From Calothrix sp. NIES-2100 (GTDB lineage Bacteria; Cyanobacteriota; Cyanobacteriia; Cyanobacteriales; Nostocaceae): 64,000 nucleotides of DNA. Positions 1 through 10,078 of the stretch are shown piece by piece (positions within the stretch are counted from its first letter, which is position 1; every line of letters begins with the position of its first letter). Position numbers and translations under genes: made by a program. The stretch covers positions 5,337,286-5,401,285 of the forward strand of contig AP018178.1 of the NCBI GenBank assembly GCA_002368195.1, written 5' to 3'. A model generated the notes under the pieces. It saw only the letters and a program-made list of their open reading frames with translations, was not told the DNA's origin and made no database searches.

Positions 1-2621
1 AATTCTCCAGGCGGAACAAATCCCCAAATCGGGTGTTGCCAGCGAGCTAGTGCTTCAAACCCAATTAGATGGTTAGTGTTAATATCAAAAATAGGTTGAT
101 AGTAAATGATAAAATCTTTGCGTTCTAGAGCTTTACGGAGTTCATTTTCTAAATTGAGTCTGATCAGTGCTTGAGTGTGCATCTGAGCATCAAATATTTT
201 ATAACAGCTTTTGCCTTGAGCCTTGGCTTGATACATGGCAATATCTGAATCTCGCAGCAAATCGGAGGCTTGATGATAATTTTTTTTGCCTAAAACAATA
301 CCGATGCTTGTGGTAATAAAAACTTCATATCCGTGGAGCATTAATGGGTTTTTAAACTCTGCTAATATCCGCTCAGAAACACCAATTGCTTCTTCAATTC
401 CAGCGATATTTTCCAGCAAAATTACAAATTCATCACCACCTAAGCGAGCCGCTAAATCCATTGCCCGAATTTTAGATTTTAGTTTTTGAGCAATAATATT
501 TAGTAGTTGATCGCCTGCTAAATGTCCTAAGCTGTCATTGATAACTTTGAACCGATCCAGATCGAGAAACAAAACTGCGAAATGATAGTTTTCGATTCGC
601 TTGGCGCGGTTAATGGCTAATTCCAGCCGTTCCATCAGCAGGTTACGGTTAGGTAAGTTAGTCAGAGCATCATGCAGGGCGTTGTAAATTAGCTGTTCTT
701 CTGCATATTTGCGATCGCTGATATCAGTAATTGTGCCAACATAACCTGTAATTTTTTCTGCTAAATCATACTCCGCAACAGCTTGGCCAAATACCCAAGA
801 CACTCTACCATCAAGGTGTTGAAATCGATATTCTAGCTGGAAAGGACGATTTTCTTGAACAGCAGAATACCACTCGGTAGCAACTTTTTCGCGATCATCG
901 TGGTGAAGTCCTTGAACCCATCCTGTGTCAGCGGCTTCTTTGGGAGTTAGTCCGCTAATCTTGCACCAGCGTTCATTGACGTAAAGACAGTTTCCTTGAG
1001 CATCGGTGCGGAAAATCCCGACTGGTGCAGCGGCTGCTAAAGAAATATAGCGTTGTTCGCTTTCCCTTAGATGTGCTTCGGTGCGATGTCGTTCTGCTAA
1101 TTCTATTTGCAGCTGTTGGTAAGCAGTGGCTTGTTGGATAGCGATCGCCAGCTGAGTAGAAAGCTGTTGGATGAGAGCAATTTCTTCCGCTTCCCACTGT
1201 CGAGGAGTTTCGCTTTCCACGACGTTCAGTAGTCCCCATAAATTATTGCCTTCGATAATTGGCATCAAAATTTTTGCCCGAGTTTGCAATGTTTCTAGTA
1301 GCTGGCGATGGCAATCACTCATCGGTGTCGTGTAGATATCACAGACAACTCGCGTCTGTTCTTTGCGATCGCCTGTTGCGCAATCCGGTGCATAGCAAGA
1401 ATCATAAATTCGTTTACCTAAGAAAGAAACATAACCATTTGCTACCGATTCTGCCACTACAACTAGGCTCCAGTCTGGTTGAAACTGCCAGATGGCTGCG
1501 CGATCGCAGTTTAAAAGCGATCGCACTTCACCAACTGTTGTGGCAAGAATATCCTGTAGGTTCAGCGAAGAACGGATTTGACTAGCAATGGTAGCAATTA
1601 ATTGTTCTCGCTCTGCTTTTACCTTGAGTATAGCTGTACGCTCTTGAACTTGCTGTTCTAATTCGGCGTTACGATTTTGCAGCAGTTCTAGTTTCTCCGC
1701 TTCTAACCGAGACACCCGATTTTCTAATACTTCGACTAAGTAACTTAACTCCACAGGGTTGAGTACTTTCAAAATACTAGTCTGAGTCACAATCCCTAAT
1801 AACTCTCCTTGGTTTCCTACTACCACTATCCGTTTAACTAAGTATTGCTGCATTATTTGTTGCACAATCAACAGAGATTCCTGAGGACTGACTGAGAAAA
1901 CTGGGGTACTCATCACGTCTTGCGCTTGCAGAACTTCAAAATCCAGTTCTAATGCGTGAAATTGCACAATATCTCGCTCGGTGACAATGCCAATTGGTAT
2001 TGGTAAAGAGTCTCGCTCTTGGACAAGTACCACCGAACTTACCTGATTTTCTGCCATCAGACGAGTAATAGCTAGCATCGACACATTAGGAGCAGCATAA
2101 ATTACTTGCGAAGACATCACATCTCTAACCAGCCGTAGTTGCAATAAGTCTATGGGACGTGATAATTGTCGCAAGCTTTCATGGGTTAGTAGTCCCACAA
2201 TTTGGTTTTGCTCATTGAGCAGAGGTAAGTGGCGGATGTGATATTGCTGAAGCAGATTAACTGCAAAGAAAAGATTGGTAAATGCAGATTGCTGCAAAGA
2301 AATGACTGCTTGTGTCATCACCTCAGCGATTTTCAGGTTTTCTAGCGATCGCTTCTGACAACTGAGGCGAACCACGTCCCTTTCCGTAAAAATACCTAAT
2401 AATTGATGGTTCTCTACTATCAATACACAGCTTGATCGCGCTTCTAGGTGTAAAGCGGCAATTTCCGTATCTGTATCTCTTGAAGACGAACACATTGCAC
2501 GAATACCACTCATCTGGGCGATCGCTTCGCTCACAGATGTATCTGGCGAAACTATCAGCGGGTTGCGAACAATTGCTGACTCCAGATCAGCTTCTGTCAA
2601 AGCAGAGGAAGATATGAACAT
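1..2621 (-). CDS. Multidomain c-di-GMP signalling protein, 5' start inside window, C-terminal EAL domain truncated by window edge. Domain order: CBS x4, coiled coil, GAF, PAS, GGDEF, EAL.
   Basis: Hand translation of the minus strand from the ATG at 2621 (MFISSSALTEADLESAIVRNPLIVS...) gives one uninterrupted frame to position 1. It contains RLGGDEFVILLE (GGDEF signature, around 440-470 on plus coords) and an EAL-domain start (DFIIYYQPIF...EALARWQHP) at the window edge. The frame is absent from the ORF track because it runs off the edge. The small plus-strand ORFs 286..489, 973..1239, 1259..1585 and 2432..2617 are shadows of it. Confidence 0.85.
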   Translation of the reverse strand, partial: MFISSSALTEADLESAIVRNPLIVSPDTSVSEAIAQMSGIRAMCSSSRDTDTEIAALHLEARSSCVLIVENHQLLGIFTERDVVRLSCQKRSLENLKIAEVMTQAVISLQQSAFTNLFFAVNLLQQYHIRHLPLLNEQNQIVGLLTHESLRQLSRPIDLLQLRLVRDVMSSQVIYAAPNVSMLAITRLMAENQVSSVVLVQERDSLPIPIGIVTERDIVQFHALELDFEVLQAQDVMSTPVFSVSPQESLLIVQQIMQQYLVKRIVVVGNQGELLGIVTQTSILKVLNPVELSYLVEVLENRVSRLEAEKLELLQNRNAELEQQVQERTAILKVKAEREQLIATIASQIRSSLNLQDILATTVGEVRSLLNCDRAAIWQFQPDWSLVVVAESVANGYVSFLGKRIYDSCYAPDCATGDRKEQTRVVCDIYTTPMSDCHRQLLETLQTRAKILMPIIEGNNLWGLLNVVESETPRQWEAEEIALIQQLSTQLAIAIQQATAYQQLQIELAERHRTEAHLRESEQRYISLAAAAPVGIFRTDAQGNCLYVNERWCKISGLTPKEAADTGWVQGLHHDDREKVATEWYSAVQENRPFQLEYRFQHLDGRVSWVFGQAVAEYDLAEKITGYVGTITDISDRKYAEEQLIYNALHDALTNLPNRNLLMERLELAINRAKRIENYHFAVLFLDLDRFKVINDSLGHLAGDQLLNIIAQKLKSKIRAMDLAARLGGDEFVILLENIAGIEEAIGVSERILAEFKNPLMLHGYEVFITTSIGIVLGKKNYHQASDLLRDSDIAMYQAKAQGKSCYKIFDAQMHTQALIRLNLENELRKALERKDFIIYYQPIFDINTNHLIGFEALARWQHPIWGFVPPGE

Positions 2622-2639
2622 TCGTGCAATAGTATTAAT

Positions 2640-3100
2640 TGTTTCTTAAGCTCTCACTTTTATCATGCCCATTGCACCTCATACTTCAAACAGTATATTT
2701 GCATATTTGCCAAATTTTTAATGGTTAATGGCCAATCGACTTTGGACTATTGGCTTTGGATAGTTGACAGTCAGCCGCAGGTGCAATCTCAGAAGCCAAA
2801 ATCAGGGCGCTCTTGCCGTTGACGAAGGCAGCCGCAATGACCATTTTCATGCTTCGGGGTTCATTGAGACTGCCTTGATCGCTCCACCCCTGAGATTAAA
2901 GCAATCACGAGTAAACATATTGAACCTCGCATGACTAGAAGTCACGCGATTCCTGCTTCAATGATCTAAGCCTGAATGACTTCAGGACTTACAAGTTCTC
3001 CACAGGCGTTTAGAGCCTCCGGGATACCCACGGCGGCTACGCAATCGGTGCTTTATTTTGAGGAACCCGTCCACCGCACTGGCTCATTAATCTCAATCCT
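2640..3100 (-). ncRNA. Candidate omega-RNA (reRNA) of TnpB, overlapping the tnpB 3' end and the right end of the element.
   Basis: By analogy with characterised TnpB systems the guide RNA derives from the 3' end of tnpB plus the RE. Structured hairpins are visible at 2927..2949 and 2971..2988. No transcript evidence is available. Confidence 0.3.
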
Positions 3101-4206
3101 TCACCCAATATGTTCAAAGCTGCATTATTGTCTCTCAAATTGTCACTACTACAATTAGGACAAGACCATTCACGCAGCTTTAAATCTTTGAGCAATGGGT
3201 TAATGAAACCACAATGATTACACGTTTGAGATGAGGGATAAAATGTCCCAACTTTCTGCACCATTCTGTCATGCCACAAAGCTTTATATTCCAGCATGGC
3301 AACGAACTTAGACCAACTAGCGTCCGAAATGCTCAAAGCTAGTTTGTGATTTTTAACCATGTTGGCAACTCGCAAATCTTCGATACAGATAATGCTGTTT
3401 TCTTTGATTAAGCGAGTTGAAAGTTTGTGCAGAAAATCGTCTCTGAGATTAGTAATTCTTTCGTAGGTACGAGCCAGCTTGATTTTCGCTTTGACTCGAT
3501 TACTACTACCTTTTACACTACGGGATAGCTTTTTATGTGCTTTACGTAACTTCCTTTTTTGAGTTCTGTAATATTTTGGATTATCTACAACTTCCCCATC
3601 GCTAGTAACGAGATAAGATTTTATGCCTAAGTCTAGCCCAATATTTTGAGTGACCCGGGGGTGTTTCTCTATCTCTGTTTCACATAAAATACTAGCAATA
3701 TATTTACCTGATGTAGTGCGAGTTACAGTAACGTTTATCAGCTTTCCAGTAATTGACTGAGACTTGTAAAACTTCACCCATCCTAGCTTTGGAAGCTTTA
3801 AACGATTCTCTATTACTTGAATGTTGCCGTTAGTAAAATTAGTTTTGTAAGACTGCTTGCACCCATACTTCTTTTTAAATTTAGGAAAACCTACACTCTT
3901 TTTGCCTTCGACTTTTTTTAAGTCAGCGAAAAAGTTTTTGTACGCTGTCTCTAAATTCTTGAGTGAGTTCTGTAGAGCAAACTTATCTACCTCTTTGAGC
4001 CATTCAATCTCTTTTTTAAGTAAAGTTAAGTGCTGACTACAAGCGTTATAGTTTAACGCTTTTTTCTCAGTGCTATATAAATTTTTTCTCAGTGCTAAAA
4101 AGCGGTTGTACACAAACCTTGCACAGCCAATAGTCTTGTTAATTAAGACTTCTTGATTGTGTGTGGGAATTAGTGTAACTTTAAACGCTTTCTGGACGTA
4201 TGACAC
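3037..4206 (-). CDS. tnpB: TnpB (OrfB_IS605) RNA-guided endonuclease-like transposase accessory protein, 389 aa.
   Basis: Full ORF. The C-terminus has the zinc-finger CNHCGF...CPNCSS typical of TnpB/OrfB. The body is a lysine/arginine-rich RuvC-like region ([11 protein letters not shown]..., ...ICIEDL...). Confidence 0.85.
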   Translation of the reverse strand: MSYVQKAFKVTLIPTHNQEVLINKTIGCARFVYNRFLALRKNLYSTEKKALNYNACSQHLTLLKKEIEWLKEVDKFALQNSLKNLETAYKNFFADLKKVEGKKSVGFPKFKKKYGCKQSYKTNFTNGNIQVIENRLKLPKLGWVKFYKSQSITGKLINVTVTRTTSGKYIASILCETEIEKHPRVTQNIGLDLGIKSYLVTSDGEVVDNPKYYRTQKRKLRKAHKKLSRSVKGSSNRVKAKIKLARTYERITNLRDDFLHKLSTRLIKENSIICIEDLRVANMVKNHKLALSISDASWSKFVAMLEYKALWHDRMVQKVGTFYPSSQTCNHCGFINPLLKDLKLREWSCPNCSSDNLRDNNAALNILGEGLRLMSQCGGRVPQNKAPIA

Positions 4207-4893
4207 AAATTCTTAAATGTCTGTACTTGCAATACTATCTTAACACAAAAGTATGCTCAATATTGAGATCATAACTCATGACTATAAGTCATGAGTATGC
4301 GGCTTGAAGGCATCAAATCCCCGACTTCCTAAAAGTTGTCGGGGATCTCGTAGCCCATGATAATTAATGCGATCAACTACTAGTCCAAGATATCAAGTTC
4401 AAATAGTTTCGCTGGCAAATGAAATCAATATTGAACAATAATCTTTAACTGTGTCAGCCCAAATACAAAGAACAGCTCTCTTTGGAGTTAATGACAGCGA
4501 ATATTAGGGCTGAGAATTATACCCCAGCTTTTTATGTCTTGGCAATGTCAAACAAATTCCGCCAGATAACACGGCGCTAGTAACACAAGCAATTAGGATA
4601 ACTTGGACAACATCACTCCAATTAGTAAGCATTTTTTCTACCTCATTGTTTGAGAAGGATTTTGAGTTGGCGTTTTCTGTGCGTGTCCATAATTACTCTT
4701 TTTTTTGGAATTGGCAAGTGTTTATATCTGGGTTTTTTGAAAAATATCATTGTGAAAAAAGCACAGTATAAATACCGTATAAATCCGGTTTACAAAAATT
4801 TTTTGCCTTATGTAATACCAATTGTCTAAACGATTCCCAGATGTTAGACAAAAAATTCCTCAATCCAAAATTTAAAATTTGGTTTACCGAATT

Positions 4894-6477
4894 TTAATCT
4901 TCGCTATTTTTCACACACAGAGGAATTGTAATTCCTTCTCGCACTAAAGCATTTGTAAACTTCTTGCGGAGAATCCGCTGTATTTCCAGATGCTTACCTG
5001 GCTTAACTTTCGTCACCGTTCTTAGCAATAAATTAGATTCTCCCAGGCTCTCTACTCCATCCACTTGCGTGGCTTCAAGGACATCAGGATAATTTGCTTT
5101 TAACTGTTCTCCTACCTCCTCAATTACTTGATAAACCTGAACTAAGTTGGAGTCATAAGGAATACTAAGTTCTACAACTGCAAAAATATATTGTTTAGAG
5201 TAGTTTGCAATTGAACCAATATCGCCATTACGAATAATCTGTAATTGACCATTAGGATGTCTAATACGAGTCGTGCGCAGTTCAATAGCTTCTACAACCC
5301 CCTCTACAACTTTCTCTTCCTCTTTCCCAGCTTGGATATAATCACCGACTAGGTAATAGTTTTCAAATAGAATAAAAAAACCGCAGACTATATCATTAAC
5401 TAATGTTTGCGCTCCAAAACCTACAGCTATACCGAGAATTCCTGCACCAGCGAGTATGGGAGTCGGATTGATGTTGAGAGTATAAAGGATTGAGATGACA
5501 GCACCAAAGTAAACTAAATATTGTAAAAAACTCCGAATCAGAGGTACAAGGGTGAGCCGTCTACTTGTCTGAATATCATTTAAATTTCCGTCTTTGAATA
5601 CTATCTCTTCAACCAATAAACAAAACACCTCAAACAAGACACGACTGATGAAAATAATGCCGATTATCTGCACAGTTCGCGGCCCATAAACTGCAATATA
5701 AGCGATGAATTTGACTTGCTGAATCACTAATGTCGCCACGCAGACATAAATAACAAATTCCACACACCGTTTCAAAAAGGGAATAAGATGTCGTAGGCGA
5801 TCGTAAAATCTCAGCAGGTTGTCAGGACTGGAGTATCTTAAACTGAGAGCATCTAAGCTATCAATAATTGCCGTGATAGCTTTAGGTATCAGTAACCCGA
5901 CGGCAACGATCAGATAAATTCGCAGTAGGATGTACAAATACTCAGTTATCACTACTGGAACTTTGAGAAACTTGCTAGACAAAATAATCGCCCATAGCCA
6001 GACTCCACTGGTAATGATGTTATTTAAGTTGACAAAGAACGTATCGATACTTTCATCGTCGGCGGTATTTTGTTCAAAGTTCTTAGCGCGAATATTAGCT
6101 ACATTGAGCCAATAGCGTAAAAATTTAAGAACAATCCCTGCTAAAAATAAAATACCAATGCTTTGCGCAACACCAATTCCTAAAGTTACCCAAAATCCTA
6201 AGGGAATACTCTTAATTAAAGATAGTGTGTATTGTTGAAGGTTTTCACCTCGATAAATTAAATAACCATTAGCGCCGACAATAGCAATGCACAATACCAA
6301 ACAAATAAGTAACAAAATACCTGTAATATTCCGCCGCAGAGTTTTGATAGTTCTGCCTTCATTTTTAAGTACAGAGTTTTTCAAAATCAGCTTAAAGACC
6401 TTGTTATGAATCCAATTTACTAACAAAAAAACGAATATTACAAGCGTGGCTTCAGCAAAGATAATTAATAAATCCAT
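4894..6477 (-). CDS. Mechanosensitive ion channel, MscS family, 527 aa. It has an extended N-terminal TM region plus the MscS core.
   Basis: Multiple TM helices followed by GFGAQTLVNDIVCGFFILFE (pore-helix TM3 signature of MscS) and a C-terminal beta domain. Confidence 0.8.
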   Translation of the reverse strand: MDLLIIFAEATLVIFVFLLVNWIHNKVFKLILKNSVLKNEGRTIKTLRRNITGILLLICLVLCIAIVGANGYLIYRGENLQQYTLSLIKSIPLGFWVTLGIGVAQSIGILFLAGIVLKFLRYWLNVANIRAKNFEQNTADDESIDTFFVNLNNIITSGVWLWAIILSSKFLKVPVVITEYLYILLRIYLIVAVGLLIPKAITAIIDSLDALSLRYSSPDNLLRFYDRLRHLIPFLKRCVEFVIYVCVATLVIQQVKFIAYIAVYGPRTVQIIGIIFISRVLFEVFCLLVEEIVFKDGNLNDIQTSRRLTLVPLIRSFLQYLVYFGAVISILYTLNINPTPILAGAGILGIAVGFGAQTLVNDIVCGFFILFENYYLVGDYIQAGKEEEKVVEGVVEAIELRTTRIRHPNGQLQIIRNGDIGSIANYSKQYIFAVVELSIPYDSNLVQVYQVIEEVGEQLKANYPDVLEATQVDGVESLGESNLLLRTVTKVKPGKHLEIQRILRKKFTNALVREGITIPLCVKNSED

Positions 6478-7841
6478 ATTTTGTATATGAAAATCAATAT
6501 TTTGAATGATAAGATTTTACTAAATTAAATACTTTCTGAGAATTTTCAGGGTTTCGTTAGCTGTTGGCATTGTATTTTTAGAATACTACCCAGACGAAGA
6601 TAGTACAAGGACAGATAAGACAGTTAAGCGAATCATCTAGAAGACGAGTTAAAACAGTTATCGCTATTTTTTACTCTCGAAAAATCACAATACTAACCCT
6701 ACTAACAACCTCAGACAGCATCTGATTTGTGTCATCGCATTCCTGCTTTATCATTTAACATTCTTAATTGCGAAAGTAAGTCGGTAATTGCACCAAACTA
6801 TATTACGCAATGTAAACATGCTTGAAACCCTTACCAAGGATGCCACTTGCTTCAAGCCTCTTAAGCCGTCCAACACAGGGCTGCACCAATGACAAACCTC
6901 TCTTATCAAAGACGCACTCGCGTTCGCGAGCTGTCTTTAATTGCGCCGACCTACTTACAAAAAAATAAGATTTTAAGATAATTCTCTGCCGCTACCAAAA
7001 GTCGGATTATTTTTTATGATAAGAGTTTCTTAGCTATATCAGTAATTTCAATAATCAAATCAAATTGCCATATAGCAATCTTAAATAATTCATGAACAAC
7101 AAGATCCCAGACTTCTTCTAGACAACTTCTGCGGGGCTTACCCTTCGCGCTTAAGCGTTCTGATTCCTCAGGGAGAGGGTGAGCGCTTTCTTTCTTCGGG
7201 TACGATAGAAATCGGGGATCTTAAACCCAATGATTTTTACAAATCAAATAGAATTGCTAGATGTAGATTTCTGAATTCCATACTCAAATTTTTGCATCTA
7301 TCTATAGGCAGATCAGTTAATTTCGATACTTTAATATTATGATACTAGCTTGATTCTAATTTACGCTTAAGAAGCAGCAACTTGCTTTTTGTTACCCTAA
7401 AGCGTATATTATAGTGTAGCTTAAGTTACTATAATCCTTAATAGTTAACAAATTATCTTTGTCAACTATTAAGGGTTTTATGTCAATCTTTGATAGTCAC
7501 TCAAAGCTAACTTAAATCTAAATTAAGCTATTAAAGCAGGGGTTTCATAAAAAATAAATAGTTTCAAATTTGAATGATAGCTGAAGGTTAATATTTTATG
7601 AAATAAAGATAATATCTGGCTCTGAATTTACGCTGTTTAGCTTATTTGGCAACAACACTCATGGATAAATTTAATTTGCTTAAGTCAAGTCAATTTTTAG
7701 CGAATCCTTGTATTGGTTGCTAATTTTTGCTAATGTTAACTTAAAAAACGTTAAATTTATAACGCTTACCGTTAATTGCAATAAATTGTGTTCCTCTAAT
7801 GCTCGAAAAAATTGGAGAATTAATCCTCTAATTAGTAGATT

Positions 7842-9239
7842 TTGTGTCAACAAGAAACTGTTAGTACACAACCTATGGAATTAAAACAAAATAGAACAAA
7901 GAGAAAAAGAGGAGTTATCTTAACTCCTCAAGGACTAAAACAATTACAAGAGGCGATTACATCCTGCGAGATAGCGGAAAATCAAGGTGAGCGCTTAACT
8001 TTAGAGCAACTATCGCACAGGATCAATATTTCGCCTAAAACTCTGAGCCGATTGTGGTCTTTAAGTAAAGGTGTAGATCAAAAAACTCTCAAATTATGTT
8101 TTAATGCCTTTAATTTAGAATTACAAGATGAAGATTATATCTTTTTGCAAGAGGAAAATGAAACAGAAATATTAGACTTTTTTGAGGAGAATTCACCAAT
8201 ATCAAAAAAAATTCCTTTGTCATATCCTAATGGTCCTGTAGCACTGGATTCTCCCTTATATATTGAACGTCCGCCTATCGAAGAACAGGTTTATCAAGAA
8301 GTTACTCAACCTGGTTGTGTAATTCGGATTCGCTCCCCTAGACAGATGGGGAAAACCTCTTTAGTCCTGCGTTTGTTAGCTTTTGCCAAAACACAAGGGT
8401 ATCGTACTCTGAAGATAAAATGCGACCAACTTGATGAAAACTATTTAAGCGACTTAAATAAGTTGTTACGTTGTCTTTGTCGGCAAATAGCTACAGAATT
8501 GGGAACAGATCCCAATATAGATGACAAATGGGATGATGAGATTGGTTGTAAATTGAGTTGTAGCTTATACATCCAAAACTATCTACTAAAGCAGAGTCAC
8601 AGCCCGATAGTTTTAGTGTTGAGTGAAGTTGACCGCTTTTTTGAGTATCCTCACATTGGGCGGGAGTTTTTTGCTTTATTGCGTTCTTGGTGCGATGAAG
8701 CACGGCAAAATCACCATTGGCAAAAATTGAGGTTAGTAGTAGTTTACTCTACAGAACAGTATATTTCTTTAGATATTAATCGTTCGCCATTTAATATTGG
8801 ACTACCTATTCGTCTGAAGGAATTTACCCAGGAACAAGTAGAAGAATTAGCTAGGCGATACGGCCTTTACTGGACTACGAGAAAAGAATCTAGCCAGTTG
8901 ATGTCTCTCGTAGGAGGTCATCCCGCACTGATTCAACTAGCTTTGTTTTATGTTTACTCTCAACCCATGACTTTAAAAGAGTTGATAGCCGAAGCGATCG
9001 CCAACGGTGGCATTTACCGTTATCATTTATGGCTACATTGGGTAAACCTGCAAGCCAATCCTGCTCTGCTCCAGATTTATACTGAGCTAGTAGCAGCAAA
9101 ACAAGGTATAGTTCTTGATCCTGCGGATGCTTACAAACTGGAAAGTTTAGGATTAATTCACTTTGAAGGCGATCGCATCCTACCGCGTTGCGAACTCTAC
9201 CGCACTTATTTTGCCAAGCAACTATCTAAAATGGTTTAA
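7842..9239 (+). CDS. AAA-like domain (PF14516-type) ATPase with N-terminal HTH-like segment, 465 aa. The true start is possibly at 7875 (MELKQN).
   Basis: The sequence YIERPPIEEQVYQEVTQPGCVIRIRSPRQMGKTSLVLRL... parallels the N-terminus of the downstream WD40 protein (YVIRQADAQLY...FCYVFNSRQMGKSSLLHR). The N-terminal 90 aa resemble an XRE-type HTH. Confidence 0.6.
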   Translation: MCQQETVSTQPMELKQNRTKRKRGVILTPQGLKQLQEAITSCEIAENQGERLTLEQLSHRINISPKTLSRLWSLSKGVDQKTLKLCFNAFNLELQDEDYIFLQEENETEILDFFEENSPISKKIPLSYPNGPVALDSPLYIERPPIEEQVYQEVTQPGCVIRIRSPRQMGKTSLVLRLLAFAKTQGYRTLKIKCDQLDENYLSDLNKLLRCLCRQIATELGTDPNIDDKWDDEIGCKLSCSLYIQNYLLKQSHSPIVLVLSEVDRFFEYPHIGREFFALLRSWCDEARQNHHWQKLRLVVVYSTEQYISLDINRSPFNIGLPIRLKEFTQEQVEELARRYGLYWTTRKESSQLMSLVGGHPALIQLALFYVYSQPMTLKELIAEAIANGGIYRYHLWLHWVNLQANPALLQIYTELVAAKQGIVLDPADAYKLESLGLIHFEGDRILPRCELYRTYFAKQLSKMV

Positions 9240-9790
9240 CCAAATCTATCCGCTAGGGTATTTGTCATCCGGAAATTTCTTTGATTGTGAAATCATATTG
9301 GCCTTCGCAGATGTTTAGTCCGGAATTCTCGGAGTAAAAATTTATCTGAGAATAGTCTTACTTAAGTAGGGCGACGCACTAAAACTACGGGCATAAATCG
9401 TTATTTATGATTTCTTACAAAGTCTGATCTAAAGAAGCCCTGGATCAGACTTTGCGCTTTGTTACTTGTCATTTGTCATTTCCCAGAAGGAGCAGATAAC
9501 TCTTAACAGGGAACGGGGGATAATGCGTGAATTTTGAATTGTTTATCCCCCTTGGCTTCCTCTGTCCTAGTTCCCCTTGTCTCACTTGTCTCCCTTATCT
9601 TTATATTCCCAGTCACAACCAAATAAATATCAACTTAAGTTACTATTTAAGTTACCTATAAGTCACAGGCTTTATCTTTGTAAATTGAGAAATTTTTTCA
9701 GAAAAATTGCTGTTTACTCATCTCATTATCATCGGATTTTTTATATTAAAATGCAAGGACAGTTAAGACATTTAAGCTAAAAATCAAATG

Positions 9791-9888
9791 GACATTTAAG
9801 ACATTTAAGACATTTAAGACATTTAAGACATTTAAGACATTTAAGACATTTAAGACATTTAAGATTTAAGACAGTTAAAACACTTAAG
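9791..9888. repeat. Tandem repeat of the 9-bp unit GACATTTAA, about 8 perfect copies plus degenerate copies.
   Basis: Read directly: gacatttaa repeated 9791..9862, decaying into gatttaagacagttaaaacacttaag. Confidence 0.9.
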
Positions 9889-10078
9889 TGAAAAATTATG
9901 TAAATAATATACTAGTTGCTGCAACTGACAATAATTGAACAATATTTAACGATAAGTGAATGTTTGTCTACACATCAAACTTTGCGGGGAAATATATATC
10001 CTAGATTGCATCGCCACAAATTTTGCACAAATTATCTAGTATGAAGTTAATATAAGAATTTGATATCAAATATCTGAT

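Larger units (their letters stand above)
2640..4350 (-). mobile_element. IS200/IS605-family (IS1341-like, tnpB-only) insertion element. Boundaries are approximate.
   Basis: A TnpB ORF is flanked by subterminal hairpins. The LE side has ctcatgact-ata-agtcatgag (4275..4295) and atccccgac...gtcggggat (4317..4346). The RE side has tcgcatgact-aga-agtcacgcga (2927..2949) and cctgaa-tgac-ttcagg (about 2971..2988). No tnpA was seen. Confidence 0.6.

Noticed and set aside
286-2617. Plus-strand track ORFs 286..489, 973..1239, 1259..1585, 2432..2617.
   Set aside because: All lie inside the long uninterrupted minus-strand CBS-GAF-PAS-GGDEF-EAL frame, which has clear domain signatures.
9791-9888. 9-bp tandem repeat considered as a CRISPR array.
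   Set aside because: The repeat units are directly adjacent with no spacers. Unit length is 9 bp, far shorter than CRISPR repeats. No cas genes are nearby.
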